DNA of 37,134 bases from a virus. Its lineage: Duplodnaviria; Heunggongvirae; Uroviricota; Caudoviricetes. Made by a program: the position numbers and the translations under genes. Where the stretch lies: the IMG/VR virus record IMGVR_UViG_3300010429_001251, one strand, 5' to 3'. The notes under the pieces were generated by a model. That model was given only the letters and a program-made list of their open reading frames with translations, was not told the DNA's origin and did not search any database. This document shows, in pieces, positions 34,408-37,134 of this stretch (positions within the stretch are counted from its first letter, which is position 1; each line of letters starts with the position of its first letter).

Positions 34408-34923
34408 ATGGCTAATCAAAAGAAATCTCAGTATACTAGAAGAACACCAGTTTATAATGACGATGTTAGTTTTATAGATGACCCCTCTGGTACACCTGCG
34501 GATAGTAAAGAAACTATTCAAAAGTTAGTTAAAGCTGGAGTTTCCCAAGGAGCTTTAGCCAACTTTGTGGATGCCCTACTAACCGCAAACAAAATGCTGG
34601 GATCTGATGCTAATGGACTTTTAATAGCGGTTAGCAATATTATCAGTTCAACCGCCAACGGGGCATTAGCTTTGGATGCCGTGTTAAGTACAGGTTTATC
34701 CGCATCATTTGGAATCTTAGTTGTTGCTTGTACTACAGATAACGTAACAGCAGTGTATAGAGTAGAAAATCAGACATTGGTAGCAATATCCGCTCACGCT
34801 AATTTTAGTATAGTAAAGGATACCGGCTCAAAGTATAATGTATATTGGGAGACAGATCAATTTAAGGTTCAAAATAAGATAACGGGTACGAAAACTATAA
34901 AAGTAGGATTTTTCGGAGTATAA
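34408..34923 (+). CDS. Putative minor tail/fibre protein
   Basis: Position; N-terminus MANQKKSQYT resembles fibre-attachment N-termini. Confidence 0.6.
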   Translation: MANQKKSQYTRRTPVYNDDVSFIDDPSGTPADSKETIQKLVKAGVSQGALANFVDALLTANKMLGSDANGLLIAVSNIISSTANGALALDAVLSTGLSASFGILVVACTTDNVTAVYRVENQTLVAISAHANFSIVKDTGSKYNVYWETDQFKVQNKITGTKTIKVGFFGV

Positions 34924-34927
34924 TATT

Positions 34928-35212
34928 ATGAGTTTACAAGCAGGTCAAAAAGTAATACTACATGCAGAATTTAGAGATAGGGATGATAATCTATTTGATC
35001 CTATAGAAAAAAGCATTAAAATTATACACCCTAACGAAATAACTATTATAGAAACCCTTACTACGGATATAACTAAAGTCAGTACAGGAATTTATGAGAG
35101 GGTGTACACCCTTCCTACTGGATATGATTATATATTTCATGAATGGACTGGAAAAGATGATGATAATGTTGTGGATTTAAAAAGACAACAAATAGACATA
35201 AATTACGTATAA
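34928..35212 (+). CDS. Ig-like/BppU-N-like small tail protein
   Basis: VILHAEFRDRDDNLFDP...KVSTGIYERVY. Confidence 0.55.
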   Translation: MSLQAGQKVILHAEFRDRDDNLFDPIEKSIKIIHPNEITIIETLTTDITKVSTGIYERVYTLPTGYDYIFHEWTGKDDDNVVDLKRQQIDINYV

Positions 35213-35227
35213 AAAGGAGATTAAATT

Positions 35228-35674
35228 ATGGCAATTACAATGAATGGTAAAATAGCCAACGCTGGAAACCTTAGAATGATTGACGGTTTATTTAGAAACC
35301 AAACAGCCGGATATACGGCTTTGTATATGGGTTTTATTGAAGGGGGAACGCCTCTAGATGATACCAGTACATTGGCAGGTATAGACGAGGCAGAAGGCCT
35401 ATTAAATTCCGGAAATAGATTAGATGTAACTTCTGCTTTTGGTAGTGCGGCTGCCTTAGACAGCGGCGTACCTACTATTAAAAACAGTGGAGCCATAAAT
35501 ACAGTTAACGCTACTGTAGCTGAAAATATAACAGGTTGGTTTATAACCAATGCTCAAACAGGCACTACTGGACTTATTTTAGCTTATGGTAATGTTTCTT
35601 CAGGCTCGTTAAATACAAACGTAGGAAGCCCTGTAACATTTGATGCTAATGCTATCACAATTACTGTAGACTAA
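35228..35674 (+). CDS. Tail-fibre-associated protein
   Basis: RBS AAGGAG; IKNSGAI...ITGWFIT...GLILAYG...VTFDANAITITVD pattern recalled from genes preceding long fibres. Confidence 0.65.
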   Translation: MAITMNGKIANAGNLRMIDGLFRNQTAGYTALYMGFIEGGTPLDDTSTLAGIDEAEGLLNSGNRLDVTSAFGSAAALDSGVPTIKNSGAINTVNATVAENITGWFITNAQTGTTGLILAYGNVSSGSLNTNVGSPVTFDANAITITVD

Positions 35675-37134
35675 TGGTTAAAGATATTGACATATCTGTT
35701 GGTAATTACAACAATAGTATTCTTACTACAAAAGAGTATAATGAGATATCTCTATTATTACAAAAATACAGCAATATCTCCCTAACCGTAGAAGAATATA
35801 CCCTCGTAGTTAAACTGTTTAACTTAATATCTAGATTAACAGGTACAACGGAAATTAACTCTATAGTTAGTACACTATCTAAAATATTAGGGGAGCTTAG
35901 TAATTCTACAGATGTCACCTCTTATCCAAAAGTGTATGTTAATCTTGAAGCAGCTTTATCTGAAAATTCTAATATAGTAGCTAATGTTAAAACATTAGCT
36001 AAAATTTTGTCGATAATACAAAATAATACCAGCAGCAAAGCCCAGATAGGCACTCTTTCAAAAATAATATCAGCATTAAATAGTGTATCCTACACTACCG
36101 CCACTATTACAACTTTAACTAAAGTAGTGAGCAATTTAACCAGTGTATCAGCAGTTACAGCGTATGCCTATGTAGGAGCTGCTTGGAATATTTCAGCAGC
36201 GGTTCGTACACTTTCTTCTACAACATCATCTTTATATACTCTTTGTAAAATTATAACAAGTGTACAATCAGGAACAAGTATTCAGGCTGTTGTATCTGTA
36301 CTATCTAAAATACTTTCTAGTTTAACTGGGAGCACTAGTTTAAATAGTTTTTTATACTCCGTGTCTAAAGTTAACTCTAATATCTCATCACATAGTTTAT
36401 CTCAAAGTGAATTAAATACTATTTCAAAAATATTATCTCAGATTATAAGTAACAGCTCTATAAACGGTATCTTATACACCATAAGTAAGGTTAATTCTAC
36501 AATTTCATCATCTACGTCAGCCACTAGTTCTGCTCGTATTCCATCAACAGAACCTTCCACTTATATTTTAGATGTTATAACCAATCTTGGTTATTCTGTT
36601 GATGTTATTTGTTCTTCTAGAAAAGTATCTTCAAGCAGTGTATATGCAGGTTTAATAACAGTTAATGCTCTTACAGATTATAAAGTAGCATGGGATACTG
36701 ACGGTTTTATATCAGCAACATCTAACTTACATAACGCTGATGACACTGTGGCAGGAACCATTCAAACTCTAATAGTTGATGCTAACGTAGCAGCTGTGTG
36801 GAAAACTTGGTATGATAATAAAGGGACTGGAACTCTTTATGATTACACACAAAACGTAGATACAGCTTATCCTTTACTTGCAGTTGCTGGAACTACAAAA
36901 GCAACGTTAAAAACTTTTGATGGAACACACGTTGCCCCTTATTTTGTAAATGCATCTAGACACTGTTTATACTCAACTCAATCCGTTGGCGCACAACCTA
37001 GAACTATTATTTGTTTAGCTAGGGATTGGGAAAGAGGCACTTTTGTTGCAGGATCAAATACAGCGGTTCCAGTCATTTCAAAAAATATGACGAATAATAA
37101 CATTGATTTTAGTAGTTGGGCAACTTTACTAGGA
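35674..37134 (+). CDS. Side tail fibre with 20-residue repeats and a ConA/LamG-like domain, truncated at right edge; absent from ORF track
   Basis: TAATG coupling; hand translation is stop-free for 487 codons; TLSKIxS repeats, then CSSRKV...VWKTWYDNKGTG (GH54/ConA-like pattern). Confidence 0.85.
   Translation, partial: MVKDIDISVGNYNNSILTTKEYNEISLLLQKYSNISLTVEEYTLVVKLFNLISRLTGTTEINSIVSTLSKILGELSNSTDVTSYPKVYVNLEAALSENSNIVANVKTLAKILSIIQNNTSSKAQIGTLSKIISALNSVSYTTATITTLTKVVSNLTSVSAVTAYAYVGAAWNISAAVRTLSSTTSSLYTLCKIITSVQSGTSIQAVVSVLSKILSSLTGSTSLNSFLYSVSKVNSNISSHSLSQSELNTISKILSQIISNSSINGILYTISKVNSTISSSTSATSSARIPSTEPSTYILDVITNLGYSVDVICSSRKVSSSSVYAGLITVNALTDYKVAWDTDGFISATSNLHNADDTVAGTIQTLIVDANVAAVWKTWYDNKGTGTLYDYTQNVDTAYPLLAVAGTTKATLKTFDGTHVAPYFVNASRHCLYSTQSVGAQPRTIICLARDWERGTFVAGSNTAVPVISKNMTNNNIDFSSWATLLG

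Noticed and set aside
15724-35918. Minus-strand ORFs within the structural module (e.g. 16309..16785, 26218..26787, 34050..34391, 35221..35550)
   Set aside because: Shadows of low-complexity sense-strand coding sequence; no RBS
28948-37134. Diversity-generating retroelement targeting the fibres
   Set aside because: No TR/VR repeat pair or RT visible; the last fibre gene is truncated, so it cannot be excluded beyond the window

Overview
AT-rich fragment of a tailed dsDNA phage genome (Caudoviricetes, long non-contractile tail predicted). 1-3.6 kb: leftward array of small hypothetical genes separated by a repeated double-hairpin element. 3.6-4.8 kb: divergent non-coding control region with promoters, inverted repeats and a GC-rich island. 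4.8-9.4 kb: rightward run of small genes, starting with a CopG-like ribbon-helix-helix regulator and ending with two tandem DUF6527-like Zn/Ser-His proteins. 9.4-10 kb: tRNA-Trp(CCA), then a promoter- and terminator-bounded, highly base-paired ~310-nt region that looks like a large unclassified ncRNA. 10.2-37.1 kb: morphogenesis module: TerL, portal-MuF fusion, protease/scaffold, major capsid, a sialyltransferase/Maf-like glycosyltransferase, neck proteins, tail tube, tail chaperone with -1 frameshift, tape measure, GTA-like tail tip (DUF2460, DUF2163, NlpC/P60, J-like central fibre with two beta-helix regions) and side-fibre genes, truncated at the right edge. No integrase, replication, lysis, TerS, RT or CRISPR genes were recognised. 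All family calls are by-eye motif recognition, not database hits. Best leads: the large structured RNA, the tandem DUF6527 pair, the hairpin-delimited gene cassettes, a 25-bp inverted repeat enclosing one gene, and the head-module glycosyltransferase.
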